A stretch of 64,000 nt of DNA, taken from NCBI GenBank assembly GCA_963924565.1, contig OZ004613.1, positions 31,310,001 through 31,374,000 on the forward strand, written 5' to 3'. The stretch is from Ascidiella aspersa (lineage: Eukaryota). Both the position numbers and the translations under genes were made by a program. This document shows, piece after piece, positions 27,710 to 40,400 of this stretch. The notes under the pieces are model-generated. The model did no database searches. It was not told the DNA's origin and saw only the letters and a program-made list of their open reading frames with translations. Positions within the stretch are counted from its first letter, which is position 1, and every line of letters starts with the position of its first letter.

Positions 27710-29563
27710 ATGCATAGCTTACCACAAATACTACTGCTCTTGCTTGTGACGTCATACGTCCATTGTTGTCCACAAAGGTGTCGTTGTGACGTCAGAAGAA
27801 AGGTTGTTTATTGCCACGAGCGCGATTTGCAGTTCGTTCCGCATGGAATACCACGTGACACAATCGAACTTCGTCTCCAAGGCAACAAGATCGTCGACAG
27901 TCCTCTGACATTGCAGAACCTACGTCATCTCACGCAGTTACGTAGACTCGATCTCCATAGAAACAAGCTGACGTCATTCCCCAAGCACCTTCCTTCGAGT
28001 TTGGAACAAATCGACCTGAACTCGAACCAGATCAAGTTCATCTCCCACGAATCACTACAAACAATGAGAAACCTTCGAGAACTCATTGTCGACAATAATT
28101 ACGTCACAAACGAGGGATTGTCTTTTCGCGCGTTCCAGAACCTCACTTCGTTGGTCACTTTATCGATGAATGGGAACCTTATGACGTCACTACCGGCCAA
28201 CCTACCCTCCAGCCTACGTCACATTTTCATGAAGAAGAATCGAATTGACGTCATAGGTAGTGGCGTCACGCGTAGTTTAGGCGGTTTGGTGACTCTTGAC
28301 CTTTCCGAGAACCTCCTGGGATCAAAGGTCAACAGCGGCGACTTTTTCTGGCTGAGCGAGCTGAAGTCACTCAACCTTATCGGCAACATGTTACGTCACG
28401 TGCCTAGCAACCTGCCTAGCAACCTACGTCAGCTGGAATTGGCGCGAAACGAGATAAAGTACGTCGCAATCGGCGAACTTAATCCGGGTCTGCACGTTCT
28501 CGATCTCTCGTCGAACAAACTTGAGAGCATTGAGGAAGGGGTGTTCGACGCCCTGCCCCTGCTGGTCCGGATATCGTTGCATGACAACCCCTGGAGATGC
28601 GATTGTTACCTCACTTACCTCAAACAATGGCTAACAATCACCCTCCCCCTCGTCACAAGCGAAAGCAACGTCAGATGCGCCACCCCCCAAGTCTTCCGTG
28701 ACGTCACAATTCGGAGCATCGACATCGAAGCACTGCGGTGTGACGTCATAGAAAGTTCTTCGATTGTGGTTGAAAACGTCACAAGCAGCTCTGTCCACGT
28801 CACATTCGAAGGATCGCGAGTTTCCGACCCGAGTTACTTGGATTACTTCATCTTCTACGGAATTCTCGAATGCCGCAATTGTTCCACCCTTGATACGTCA
28901 CAATCGGCATTGGCGCTTATTGCAGCAAGGAGTGACGTCATGATCGCGTCATCACTCGAGATCGAGGAGCTGGCGGCCGACACCGATTACGTCATATGTG
29001 CGCGTACGTCATACCAGCGCATTGTTGACGTCACACTAAAGTCTTGCATCATAGTGCGCACGGAGCCGGTTGTGCTGATGTCGGTTTCTGGGGGGGCAAG
29101 GTCACCCCTCCCAACCTGGGCCATTGTCGGCATCAGCGCCCTGTTGTTCGGGGTTGCCATAGTAACCACGCTTCTCGCGTTGTGGAGGTTTTACACAAAC
29201 AAGCACAAGTTACGTCACAGACGGTATTGTTCCCACTTCTCGCGCGCGTCCATTGTTAGCAGATCGATGGAGAATATTCACCAAGTTCACATCAAACAAT
29301 ACAAGGGCAGTGACGTCAAACGTTCCATTAGCACAACGACGCTCGACGCAAGAAACGAGTTTGACGTCACAATCCTCGTGCGCGGTCAAGAATTCGTGAC
29401 GTCACCACCTTCGCTCGACAGCGCGGTGACGTCAACGAACAATACAGACGTTTTCACGAACTCGCTGCACAGGCAGCATTATGACGTAACAACGGACAAC
29501 GAGCGCTTGTCTTGGTATAGTTCCAACTTAACCGACCTCGATGACACCGGAGTCTACGTTTAA
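27710..29563 (+). CDS. FLRT: FLRT-like leucine-rich repeat/FN3 transmembrane protein, paralog B (617 aa, single coding exon)
   Basis: ORF 27623-29563 trimmed to the Met that begins a signal peptide (MHSLPQILLLLLVTSYVHC). It has CPQRCRC..VYC LRRNT, about 10 LRRs with FLRT-like P-x-x-L-P spacing, DNPWRCDC LRRCT, FN3 (LAADTDYVIC), TM (WAIVGISALLFGVAIVTTLLALW) and a tail ending DDTGVYV. Confidence 0.95.
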   Translation: MHSLPQILLLLLVTSYVHCCPQRCRCDVRRKVVYCHERDLQFVPHGIPRDTIELRLQGNKIVDSPLTLQNLRHLTQLRRLDLHRNKLTSFPKHLPSSLEQIDLNSNQIKFISHESLQTMRNLRELIVDNNYVTNEGLSFRAFQNLTSLVTLSMNGNLMTSLPANLPSSLRHIFMKKNRIDVIGSGVTRSLGGLVTLDLSENLLGSKVNSGDFFWLSELKSLNLIGNMLRHVPSNLPSNLRQLELARNEIKYVAIGELNPGLHVLDLSSNKLESIEEGVFDALPLLVRISLHDNPWRCDCYLTYLKQWLTITLPLVTSESNVRCATPQVFRDVTIRSIDIEALRCDVIESSSIVVENVTSSSVHVTFEGSRVSDPSYLDYFIFYGILECRNCSTLDTSQSALALIAARSDVMIASSLEIEELAADTDYVICARTSYQRIVDVTLKSCIIVRTEPVVLMSVSGGARSPLPTWAIVGISALLFGVAIVTTLLALWRFYTNKHKLRHRRYCSHFSRASIVSRSMENIHQVHIKQYKGSDVKRSISTTTLDARNEFDVTILVRGQEFVTSPPSLDSAVTSTNNTDVFTNSLHRQHYDVTTDNERLSWYSSNLTDLDDTGVYV

Positions 29564-31020
29564 AGTTTTTTACTTTTTTATAAGTTTTTATTTCTTGCCA
29601 CGATTTGAATTTCACTTCCAAGCACTTTATTTAATTGAATCCATTAGAAACGTGTTATTTCGATACCAATGTTTAAAATATTCGCCTAAACGTGAAATTT
29701 CAGCGAATGTTTGAAGTGAAATTCAAAGTTATCGTTTCATCTTTTTTATCGCGTGTTATTTTTATTGCGCCGCCATTTTCGCGTCTCTATTATTTCGTCA
29801 CAGGAGCCAATTTCCATGTCCCCTGCGCGTGTTTATTTATGTGCGTGCCACGATTAAAGTGCGGAAAGTAAAAGTTGTTTTCATGTTTGGACAAATTGCC
29901 GCCCTCAGCCAGCCCTCACAACGGTTCAGCCGCCTGCACCAGCAATTAACCCCTCAACATGCCCTCGGTACGAGTGAATCGTCCTTATCACCACTATGTC
30001 GTCACAAACGGCGTGTTCTAATGTCTGGGGGGTTTATCGGGGGGGATTAACTTGTCGTGCGCCCTACAAGACCCAGGAGGTACGGATTAAGCGCGATGCT
30101 AGCCAGGGACGAACGCGAGATACCGGTTGTGATGTCACAATCAATCAATTGTCACCTCACAAGCGCTTGTCCGTCAATCGCTTCGCACAATCCCATCGAC
30201 ATATGTCGCGCGGTTGTAATTATGACGAAACAGTTAAGAGAGTATTCGCGAAATCTCGAATCCGGTAATTGTCGCGATTGAACCGCGCTCTCGATGGGAT
30301 TATTATGTCACAAAGGTGACGTTCTAAAACTCCTGAGAAGCCGCGTTGGTGTGTTCACACCGGTTGGCGCGTGTAAGAAGATTAAGTTTGTGCTCGAGAG
30401 GATTTAATTAAAACTTTTTGTTGTGGTTTGAAGCGAGAATTTGAATCGAGCAATAATCTTTGATGAGAAGCACATTTCAAGTAACTTCGCTGCCAAGTCC
30501 TTGTTTAGGCTTCTTTGTAATCCGTGTTATTCGCGGATTAATTCGTTTTCAGTTGAACCTCAACCACGAAGGAAATGTAGGCGATTGTAGAACTAATTGC
30601 TCTTGGATTAGTAAATAAACAACATTAAGTCGACCACATTGGCGCCATTATATAAACTAGCGTGTTTTAAGGTTGGACAACGACCCACATTTTTGACATA
30701 AACTGCTTTTAAACCTCTGCGTAAAGACGTATTGTTTGAAACAAGAGTAGGCTCCACACATACTTGCGTTTTACGACTGATAATAAAATTTCTCGAGCAC
30801 AAAGTTTAAAAGCAGATCACTTGTAATTAAGTTGCTGTTGAATGAAAATAAATCTTATTAACGAAATTGCACGCTGAATACCAAAGCGCAAAGGCAATAA
30901 TTTTTGTGAATTATCTAAAATAGCTTCACATTTACCATCATTGCACATTAAACTGACTTTACATCAAGTAATGTAAGTCCTTTCGGGGCGTTCAGTTTAA
31001 AAACAAATCACCAACAGGAC

Positions 31021-31225
31021 TTGAGTAAAAAAACGTTCTTTTGATACAAATCACATCCTGTTGTGCGGATTAAAAAACAAACGATTTGTTAGCATATGAA
31101 GTGATTAGGCAAAAAACATTTAAAAAGAATTGAGTAAAAAAACATTATTTTGAATAAATCATGTGCTGTTGTGGATTTTAAAAACTAACGATTCTAGATG
31201 CACATGAAGTGATTAGGAAAAAACA
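31021..31225. repeat. Diverged tandem duplication, about 109-bp period
   Basis: ttgagtaaaaaaac...atgaagtgattagg occurs at about 31021-31118 and 31130-31225. Confidence 0.8.
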
Positions 31226-33458
31226 ATAGACACAGGATTAATGTGGTTAGGACAGCAATGCTTGTTATAACCTATTTTAACCGAATACAGTAGTTGCATG
31301 GAATGCACAGGAGAAACAACCAAGCCTCTATAAATCCCTGAATAGCTTGAGTAGCCTGAATGTGGTGAACAGCTTGAAGGTCGTGAATAGCGTGGTAGAA
31401 ATCGATTCGGCCATGCTTGCCAACCCTTCACCCATCACTGGTCATCAACAGGCCGCCTTATGTGGCCGTTTAAAGTGGGCCGGAACCGTTATTTAAGATC
31501 TTTCAAATGTCTTTACAGGTGTATAGTTAACTACAGCGTGTTGATTGTTGTGCTCATTTAACGTGGCCAGTTGCAAGTCTACACGGCCCCTTTTTAACTT
31601 ATTTTGTGCTTTTTTGCAAGATTCTTTGGTGAATAGGGGCCGGCCATTTTTGCACGGCCTTATTAACTGGCCACAACATGAATGAGGTTTGGATTCAAAA
31701 CCAAGAATCGATCATGTTATGCTTTTAAGTAACCACCAAACCTAAAGGTAAAACCTTGTTTTGAGGAGTTAAAAGCAAATGTCCGGGGCTTGTAATTTGA
31801 GCAGCTTCAAGCCAACTTACTTGATATCATTTCGATCTTTTTAAAAAGTTAACTATCATGCTTTTAGTATGAAAATAAAGAACCACCAAACAAAAAACAA
31901 ACATTTTTCATTTTTGTGTGACAAAATTATTTTCACGAAGTTCTTTTTTAAAGCAGTGGTGTTAACACCGCGAAATTCAAGTCTTTTTATCTGTAAATGA
32001 AAAAAACGCTTTAAATTATCTCACTAAAGGCACACAAATTCACGTTTTTTAAAAACTATATTTTGTAAAAGTGAGGTACATCCAAGAACTCAGTGCTTAT
32101 TGTTTGACAAATGAGCCGGTATTTTATCTCAACTAGTTGACCACGGACAGTAGGACAACAGGAATCTTGCATTTAGCCCCGGGGCTAGCTTACAATATCG
32201 CGGTTAACCAAATATTGTTGCTGGCTTGTTTATACAGGAGCGTGGTTGCTTCCTGCAAATCTACCGTGCTAATGCAACAACAACAAGACATTATTGAGAT
32301 ATTTAAACAACATGTGGCCTGTACGGTCTCTGCTTTCGGTTCATGTTTTATTCAAGTTTTAAGACCAATGCCCTTGCGGTTTTTGTGCTTTTTTTTTCAG
32401 GACATATTCTTTAAAAACAAATAACGAATTTTAGACTTTGTTAAAAAGATAAACGATTGTTTAAATAAGAAACCGTTTACCGAAATTTAATTTCACTATA
32501 TTGCAATAAAAACTGATTTTTTGTCATCTAGAAGAGAACATTTTAAAAATGGCATCGTTTATAATCCCTATGTGCAATGTACGAATATAGCGAACTTTAT
32601 ATTATTTTGTCATGTTCAAATTATCTAACAAAATAAATGAAAGCATTACAAAATACATTGCTTGGCCGTTAGCTGATGGGAATGTTAATAGTTTTTGTGC
32701 TTGAGATTAAATCTTGCATTGATTTCAGAGCAATCACTCGGAAGCTATATAAATAATAAAACCCACAATTACCCTGAAAATCAATAAAAGATTGGATCTC
32801 ATGCAGAGAAAAACACTTGTAGGCTATAACTCCAGCCTTAAAACAACAAGCTTAGTGTAATTTAATGTTTGCTTAACATCGTTTATCACATTCGCAAACA
32901 ATTAATTCCCACGATTGAAATGAAACGATGGGAATAATGTAATCCCTGTGAGCATGATTTTTAATCAATTCAAATAACAATCTAGTAGGAAAAGTAAAAC
33001 GTGTTTCACACTTAGTTATATACGTTTACGCAAAATGTTATGCGATGCTTAACTTAAGGCTGGGACGAAAAATGATAAGATCCTTGAATTCACTCCAGCT
33101 TTTAAATCGCTAGCATCTATTAAGGAAATCGATGCGACCTTGAAATGCAATCGTTACACCTCGTAATTCAACGTCGGAATACGATTTTATTTCGCCTTTT
33201 AAAAGTGATATTTCCGAATGAAATATGTTAGATAAGGACTATAAAGCGGCTAATGCATTTTAAACCATGATTTATTGTAATTTTCCGATTTTCACCTTAA
33301 TTTCCATATCCAGACCACTAGAATGCGGAATTAATTGCCATGTCCAGACCACCACGGTGCGGTTAACTTGATACTGACCATGGCGCCTTAATTCGGTGGA
33401 ACGACCACCCAGGAACATATTTATGTGCAGGAATGTTGTAAGGGGAGAAGCATTATAC

Positions 33459-33765
33459 CAGTGTTTTACAACCCATGGGCCGCCACCTAAAACTATGGCC
33501 GCTTGATTTGGTTGAGTCGCCGATTGAAGTGTAGTTCACATGACTAGGTTTATTGAGATCGGTTCTGAGCAATAATTTTCCATCTACTTGACAAATTACC
33601 GAAGAAATACGAAGTCATGGCTCATATTTAGTTAATTACAATTTGTTAATGCTAATGTTTTTACTGTGTTGTGTTCACATTAAGCTTATAAGAGGGCACT
33701 GGATCGCCAAAGCTTCACTGTTGTATTTCCGCTTAATATTCGTGTTGCCGCGATAAAAGGCACTG
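33459..33765. mobile_element. Degenerate hAT-like MITE, family 1 copy
   Basis: CAGTG...CACTG ends with degenerate 8-bp flanks cattatac/cattttat. Internal blocks (acccatggg, ttgatttg..gtcgccga, ggttctgagcaa, tgttcac.ttaagctt, tcgccaaagct) are shared with 45704-46009. Confidence 0.6.
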
Positions 33766-34480
33766 CATTTTATGGTTTCAAAGCACTGCTTAATGCTTAT
33801 GTGTCCGACATTTCAAGCTTTGTCAAGGATTTAATGCATCGTAAAACAACAATTAAATGTCGTGAAGCTAAAACAGCAGAAATAAAAAAATAAACAAACC
33901 ATAAAAATATATTGCACTGTTTCCTTGCAATGGCTTCAGCCAAATTTATCAAAAATAAAAAATATATAACACTTTTAAAATTATTTTAAGCATTATGTTA
34001 AGACATTTTAAACTGTGCTACAAAGTTTAGACTTGTTACGACACAATCGATTTCATCTCGACCTTAATTATGTAGGTTAATGATGTAATAAAAGTGTTTG
34101 TTAACCCAAAAAGTCCCATAAATCAATCGATAAATACAAAACACTTCACGTGGTAAATAATTACGACCCACGAAATTAAACATACGATGCACACAATAGC
34201 GATCGTTATGATAGCGTATTCCGTATGTTACGTCATAATGTAATCCACAATTGACACCATTTTAAATTTTGCAATCCGCGAAGGGTTGCATTAACAGATT
34301 ACAAGCATTATGAATCACAATTCAAGTATTATCTCTGACAATCGTCATTATGACAACTGGAATAGAAGTCGAACAAAAATGTCTCGATTGTTATCTCACA
34401 AATGCCATTGTTACGTTATTGAAAGGTATATGAAACTCTTTAGAATTGTGATTGCGACGTCACAATTAAGTTAAAAAATG

Positions 34481-37400
34481 TCACGTGCCACAACACTGAT
34501 TGCTTTCTTGCGTCATGGATGGTCCAATAGAGGCTTGCGCCTCTTCTTTCTGATGTAACAATTGCTGCATGTGAACAACTTTTATGCAAAGATCCAGGAA
34601 AACGTCATTTACACCTGAAATGTGAAGTTTCAAGCAAAGTCCATTTGTCAGTTTCTTATCGTGTTCGGAACACTTTATAACAAAAGTAGTCTTTTGGAAA
34701 AATTTGTTTAATATTAACCACATTTTTGTTTTATTGACGTCACAATGCTCTTTACGTCAACAATGCCCTTGCATCGGGCGCCGGAAGCTCGAAGTGGTAT
34801 CAGTGAAATGCGTGGCTACCAGCTTTAGGCATTTGTGTTGAAATGAATAAGTAATAAACCTACGCTTTAGCCTGGTGTTTACGCTACAGAGTAAAGAGGT
34901 ATATTTTCCGCTTTTACTTGTGCTGTGGTTTTTATAAATACGGAACATGTTGAGAAATTTATGTTGGACACAATTTGTTTTTATTTATGTTGGACACAAT
35001 TTGTGTTTATACTTTTCTGTCTTTCCTGGAATTTAGAAATAACCAACAAATATGTCTTTTTTGAAAGATAGCAAATTTTAAATCGCTTTAAATTCAACTT
35101 TGAAACTCTATTTTATTTAGTTTTAAATTATTTTTGACTAGCTATATATATTGCACATTTAACATATGTATATATAGATATATAGATATAATTTTATGTG
35201 GCCATTAAAAGTTAAATTTGACTAGTTTTCCGACCACGCTCATTTCTGACGCTATAGATGTGCAAAAATAATTATTTCTGCAAAACCCTGATTTATTACG
35301 TCACTAGTAATGACGTAGTTTTCACCGTGGCTTGAGAGAGCTGATACTTCCCTGAAGTGAGCTCCGACCGAATCAGCGAAGTCGTTCGCTTCTTGCTTCT
35401 CAACTTGCCTCTCAACCACTGGAACGTCCGTCTTGTTCCCAACCACGAACAATACTACAACAAACAACATTATGACGTAACAAGCCTTGTGGAACCGACC
35501 CATTGTTGCTCAACTTACTGATGTTTTCTTCGACGTTATTTTGCAATTCTGAAAAGTAACAAAACAATGTTTGGATTTCATTTTTAACCAAATATTTTTA
35601 ACTTGTGCGAATCAAAGCCTAAATAAAAATGTTACAATTTTTCAAACAAATTAAATTTAAAAATATTTTAGTTTGAATGTATCATCAAATTGGTAAAATA
35701 AAATCGATTTATAAAATTATTGACATTATTAAAATTAGTTAAACTTTTATTAAAAATTCGTAAAACCATTTATCGGGTTACAAAGTTTACCTAAAATACT
35801 ACGTAACAATGCTCTCACCCGAAGCCCATTCTTTCAACGCGACGAAACTGTCCTTGCTTGTGACGTCATAAACGAGTAGCGCGGCCGCCGAGTTGCGATA
35901 ATACATGGGCATCTGTGGGACGCGCGAGCATTCATTATTAATCGACGCTCAATAATTGATTGTATTCCCTTTATGACGAGACAATTGAATCGCGAAATCG
36001 CGATAAAAGTCAAAAAAAAACTCGCGTGCCAAACATTTTTCTATGTTGGTATTGCACATGCAACTAGGGCTCCGGAGTCGTGACAAGAACTGGAAGTGTG
36101 TGCAACCGTTTAGTTGTAATAGTAATGTTAATGATGTGATAGTGATGTAATGGTTGAACTTTCTTAAGGTGTTATAACGTGCGCGTTAAATCATCAAAAA
36201 CGTAAAATATATTTTTTACGAAGAAAATCAATATTACCCCCAGGGTATGAGAAAAACCGAGCATTAAGCAAAGGTGTAAAAAAAATGCAGCTTAAATGTC
36301 AAACTATTGCGAAGAATATTTTAAATACCTAACAATTACCAGGAAACGAGTTCCTTTAATCTATTTCACATTTTATAGCATCAACAGAATCGCGGAAACG
36401 AGTTGAAACTTCACACAAGAAAAAAAGGCGCGAATCGACGAGGAAAGTGCTCGTCACGCTCGACTGGCGTTTGCGTGTCACGTGGTTCGGGTTGCACGTG
36501 GAACCAAATCGCGTCGAGTTTTCCCACAAACAATCGGCGCCGCGACCCTTCCGCGCGCGGCTCTTGTTACGTCACACAGCAGGTCGGCCGTGTCGGGTTG
36601 CGCGGCGCGAGAGCCGGTGCATTATTACGTCACACAATACATGGCGGGCAGTTTCACCCAGGGGCTAGGTTCGCTTTGTTGTGGGGTTTTTGGGGTATCG
36701 AAGTGATCCCTTAAATTTCACCCACTTGCTATTTTTACCCAACTTTTAAAACGTTGATAGGCCGCAAATTCACAGCCTTTTTTTCACAGTCGGTATCTTT
36801 TGTTTTTCCACAACTCTTTTTCGCGATTCTGACAATTTGATTATTGACGTATTATTGGCCTCACCCCTTATTGACAATTAATAAAGGTATATAGAACCAA
36901 ATTATTTGTTTAAAAAAAAACAATTCTGGCACAATATGTTTTTTAAACTTAACATTACGCCTCATGCATATATTTATTTTATATTTAGAAATGTACCAGC
37001 AACGTATCAGGTATTAATAAGGATTATACATTATTACGTCACAAGAATACGAGTTGTTATTATATCACAAACCCACCAGCGATCTGAACCTTTCTTGACC
37101 AGCGGTATCCCAGATCTGTAAAGTGACGTCATGGTCGCCGATCTCTCTGGATAAAGAACATTTTATGACGTAGCAATCATCCTGACTTAAAAATATACTA
37201 AATTTCAAAAGTAAACAAAACATTGAAATGTGATTTAACAGGTGGTTTTATATTGTACATTTAGGCCAGTGAACTGTTTCAGCTTGAGGCAAACAAATTA
37301 ACACAAAGCAAGTCATCATTTAAAAAACATAACATTAGCAGTTGTGCAACGAATTGTGTACATTAAAGTCTCACATGCTTGCATTTTTATTTTTAAAACG

Positions 37401-40400
37401 ATAAATTTGTTTTGTAAAATCCCCAAAAAATTAACAAAAAATCGCGGCGAACTACAGAATCTTTTACAGCACACAGTTGTGGAACGACTGATTTAGGTGA
37501 TTCCCCGTATTGTCAAACTTTGTGGTTTTAGCAAGAAACAGATTTTAATAATTAACAGTTTGTTTGAATGTTGTTGTGAAGCGTGTTCCAAGTTCGGTCT
37601 GACCTTGCTGCAATGAGAGGCTCGCATGAAATATTGATAACTGCAAGCAAACCTATGCTTTATTGCCGCACACCTAACAATGGCAAAATATTAAGAAAAT
37701 GGACGAAATTTGAAGATTTATTAATATCTTGAATATTTATCAGGCGAAAACTGTTGAAAAATAAATTGTATCGGTTGAAATTTAACTTTTGTACAACTGT
37801 GCTTCATTAGATCAAAGTACAAAAAAAAACATGGCAAAGTTTTTTATAAAATAAAAATATATACTTCATAAGATTACAATTATTTGTTATTATTAAAAAA
37901 TTCTTCAAGATTTTAGACATTATTAAAATACACATATTTTAGACATATCTGCCTTAAGGTTCGATATTTTAAAAATGAACATCACATGGGTGGCAAAACT
38001 ATTCAGTTTGTAATTAGTCCTAGTTTGGTTATTTGTGGTAGTTCACTACAATGCTAAATCACAGTGTTTAAACCAGGTTTATACAGGGTTATAAAAAGCA
38101 ATACTGTATCTTTAAAAGCAATACTGTATCTTTAAAAGCAACAATAACCTCTGTATTAATTTAGATGTTATTTTTCAGCTAAATGAGCAACAAAAACATT
38201 TCAAAAGCCGTAGTTTAAACACCAGATAATATAAAACAGTGGTTGCCAATATTTTAAGTACGAACCAAATTTATTTATTTTTTAAATAAATTGTCTGGTA
38301 AACTGATGTGTGATTTACTGAATAAGTTCCATTTAATATTTGTAGACCTCTATTGATTTCGCAAATTATCGCGCGTATTGCATGTGTAAATAATTAACAT
38401 ATCCGGTACAACAACATTAATCCTTAAAACTACATTTAGGTATTGAACCTTATGAACAATGCTGGGTATTTCATCCAGCGATGCGATATTTAAGTCGATG
38501 TTGGGACGAACTTAACTGGAAAGAAAAGCTCGTTTTTTTGGCAGATTTAAATCTTAGGCGAGCTATTGCTAGGAAACCACTGCCATGAAACTTTAAAGTT
38601 CACAAAAAAATCGAATTTCACGTCGCGGTTTTTGCTAAAAACCAAATGAAATTCTATCTATGACGTAACAGAACACCAAACACGTGACCACCCAGCTGCG
38701 ATTCGGTTTCGCGTTCGAGAATCCATTGTTGATGGGACAAGTGCAGTTGTTACGTCACAGTATGGTGCTTGCAGCTCACGCGTTTATGCCGATTCAACAT
38801 GTGAGCAAATATTCGGGGGCGTTTGAAGTATTTGCGGAATACTTGGATCGGAGAAAGATCGCGCTTTCCCATTGTGACGTCATATTTCAACATAATATAT
38901 CATCGTTCCAAACCCTTTGTAAAGTTCGACAGTTCACTCATAAAATTGGAAAAAGAAAAACACCAATCTTATAAACGAAAGTATACGGACATATTTGCTA
39001 ATAAAGATTCAAATGTACTATGCATTTCATAAAAAGCATTAGAAAACATTCTTACACATATATGGTGTGTTAACCGACAACATGGACTATTGTTAATAGA
39101 GCATTTATACTTAAACAATTGCAAAGTTACTTTTACTAAAATGCTTAGTTTTGTTTAATAAACACGCATTTTTCAGAAAATGTCATTTTTCGTCTTATTC
39201 TGACTTGGTCATTCATATTCAAGCAAAACCAAATAATCTGTGCGTTAGTGCGCTATTGCGAACTTGTGTTATCAAGCTTTATTATCTCAAACAACAGGTG
39301 CACAAGCGAGACTAACGACTGTTTTTACAAGGACCTTGTTTATGGGAACTCGCAGGTTGCAGCCTAAAGTTAGAGTCAAGGTTAATGTCCTTATAGGCTC
39401 CATGGCTGACAATTCTCGGCATAAATGGCGTCGTCTATAAACAAGGCTAATTCTAATAAAAAAACATATAAAATATTTACCGTTTAAAATCAAAATGTGA
39501 ATCGCTCAATATCGCAATCGTTTTTAGTTTGAAGCTTTAAAAAAGGAAATTTTTTTTTCAGAGCGAAAAACAATCTATCCCGCCATTTGTACATAACTTT
39601 TACCAAAGATAATAAGCGATTGTTTGGTAACAATATCCGCAATAATCTTTATCGATTTATGCTTATACGGTTCCAACAAACGCGCATTCCCGAGTGTTAC
39701 GTCATAGCGCGAGTCATTGTTGACGGCGACGTGTTGGGTTTGGGGGGATTAAGTGGGATTAAGGTGGGTTCCCAATCAGTCTGGGGCTCAATTAACCCAC
39801 ACAACGGTAGGGGATTCCCCGGTGAATAATTATGTCAATAAAGAGAGAAGGTTTTTGACCGGTTCTAGAGAAGCCATTGTTTTATAACAATACAGAACTC
39901 TTTCGCAAGTTAAACTGCCCCAATGCTGTTATAATATGATTTTAATTATCTTTTCTTTGTGGACTTTGATATTCTTAGTACGTCTAACTAAAACCGCCAA
40001 CCATTATGTTCCTTTTTTTACTTTGTATATGTCTTTGACTATGAAAACTTGTTGATATCCTTATAACAAAAGTAGGGTTTTACATCAATTTTTTGTGCTT
40101 GAATATCAAACAAGTTCAACCAACTAGCTTTATATTACAGAATGTTGCGAAAATAATATTTTTTTTATAAGAAAGTTCAAACATTTTCTATTCGTGAATT
40201 ATTTATGTTGCGTTCATAGGGTTGTTAAGTTTAATGAGTAATATTATGTGGTGACATTGAACTTTAGATTAAAACTTATTGATGTCAAATTGTTCCAAAA
40301 TGAATCCAAATATAAAAAACTTCCGAAAAAAATGTGTCCAAAAATTTTTTTCCGGTTACATAATTTTTATGGCATTAAAACAAAAAATTGTCTTAAGCGA

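Noticed and set aside
28424-29259. Small overlapping ORFs in FLRT-B (likewise 46197-46814 and 47463-47675 in FLRT-C)
   Set aside because: Shadow frames with no domain features.
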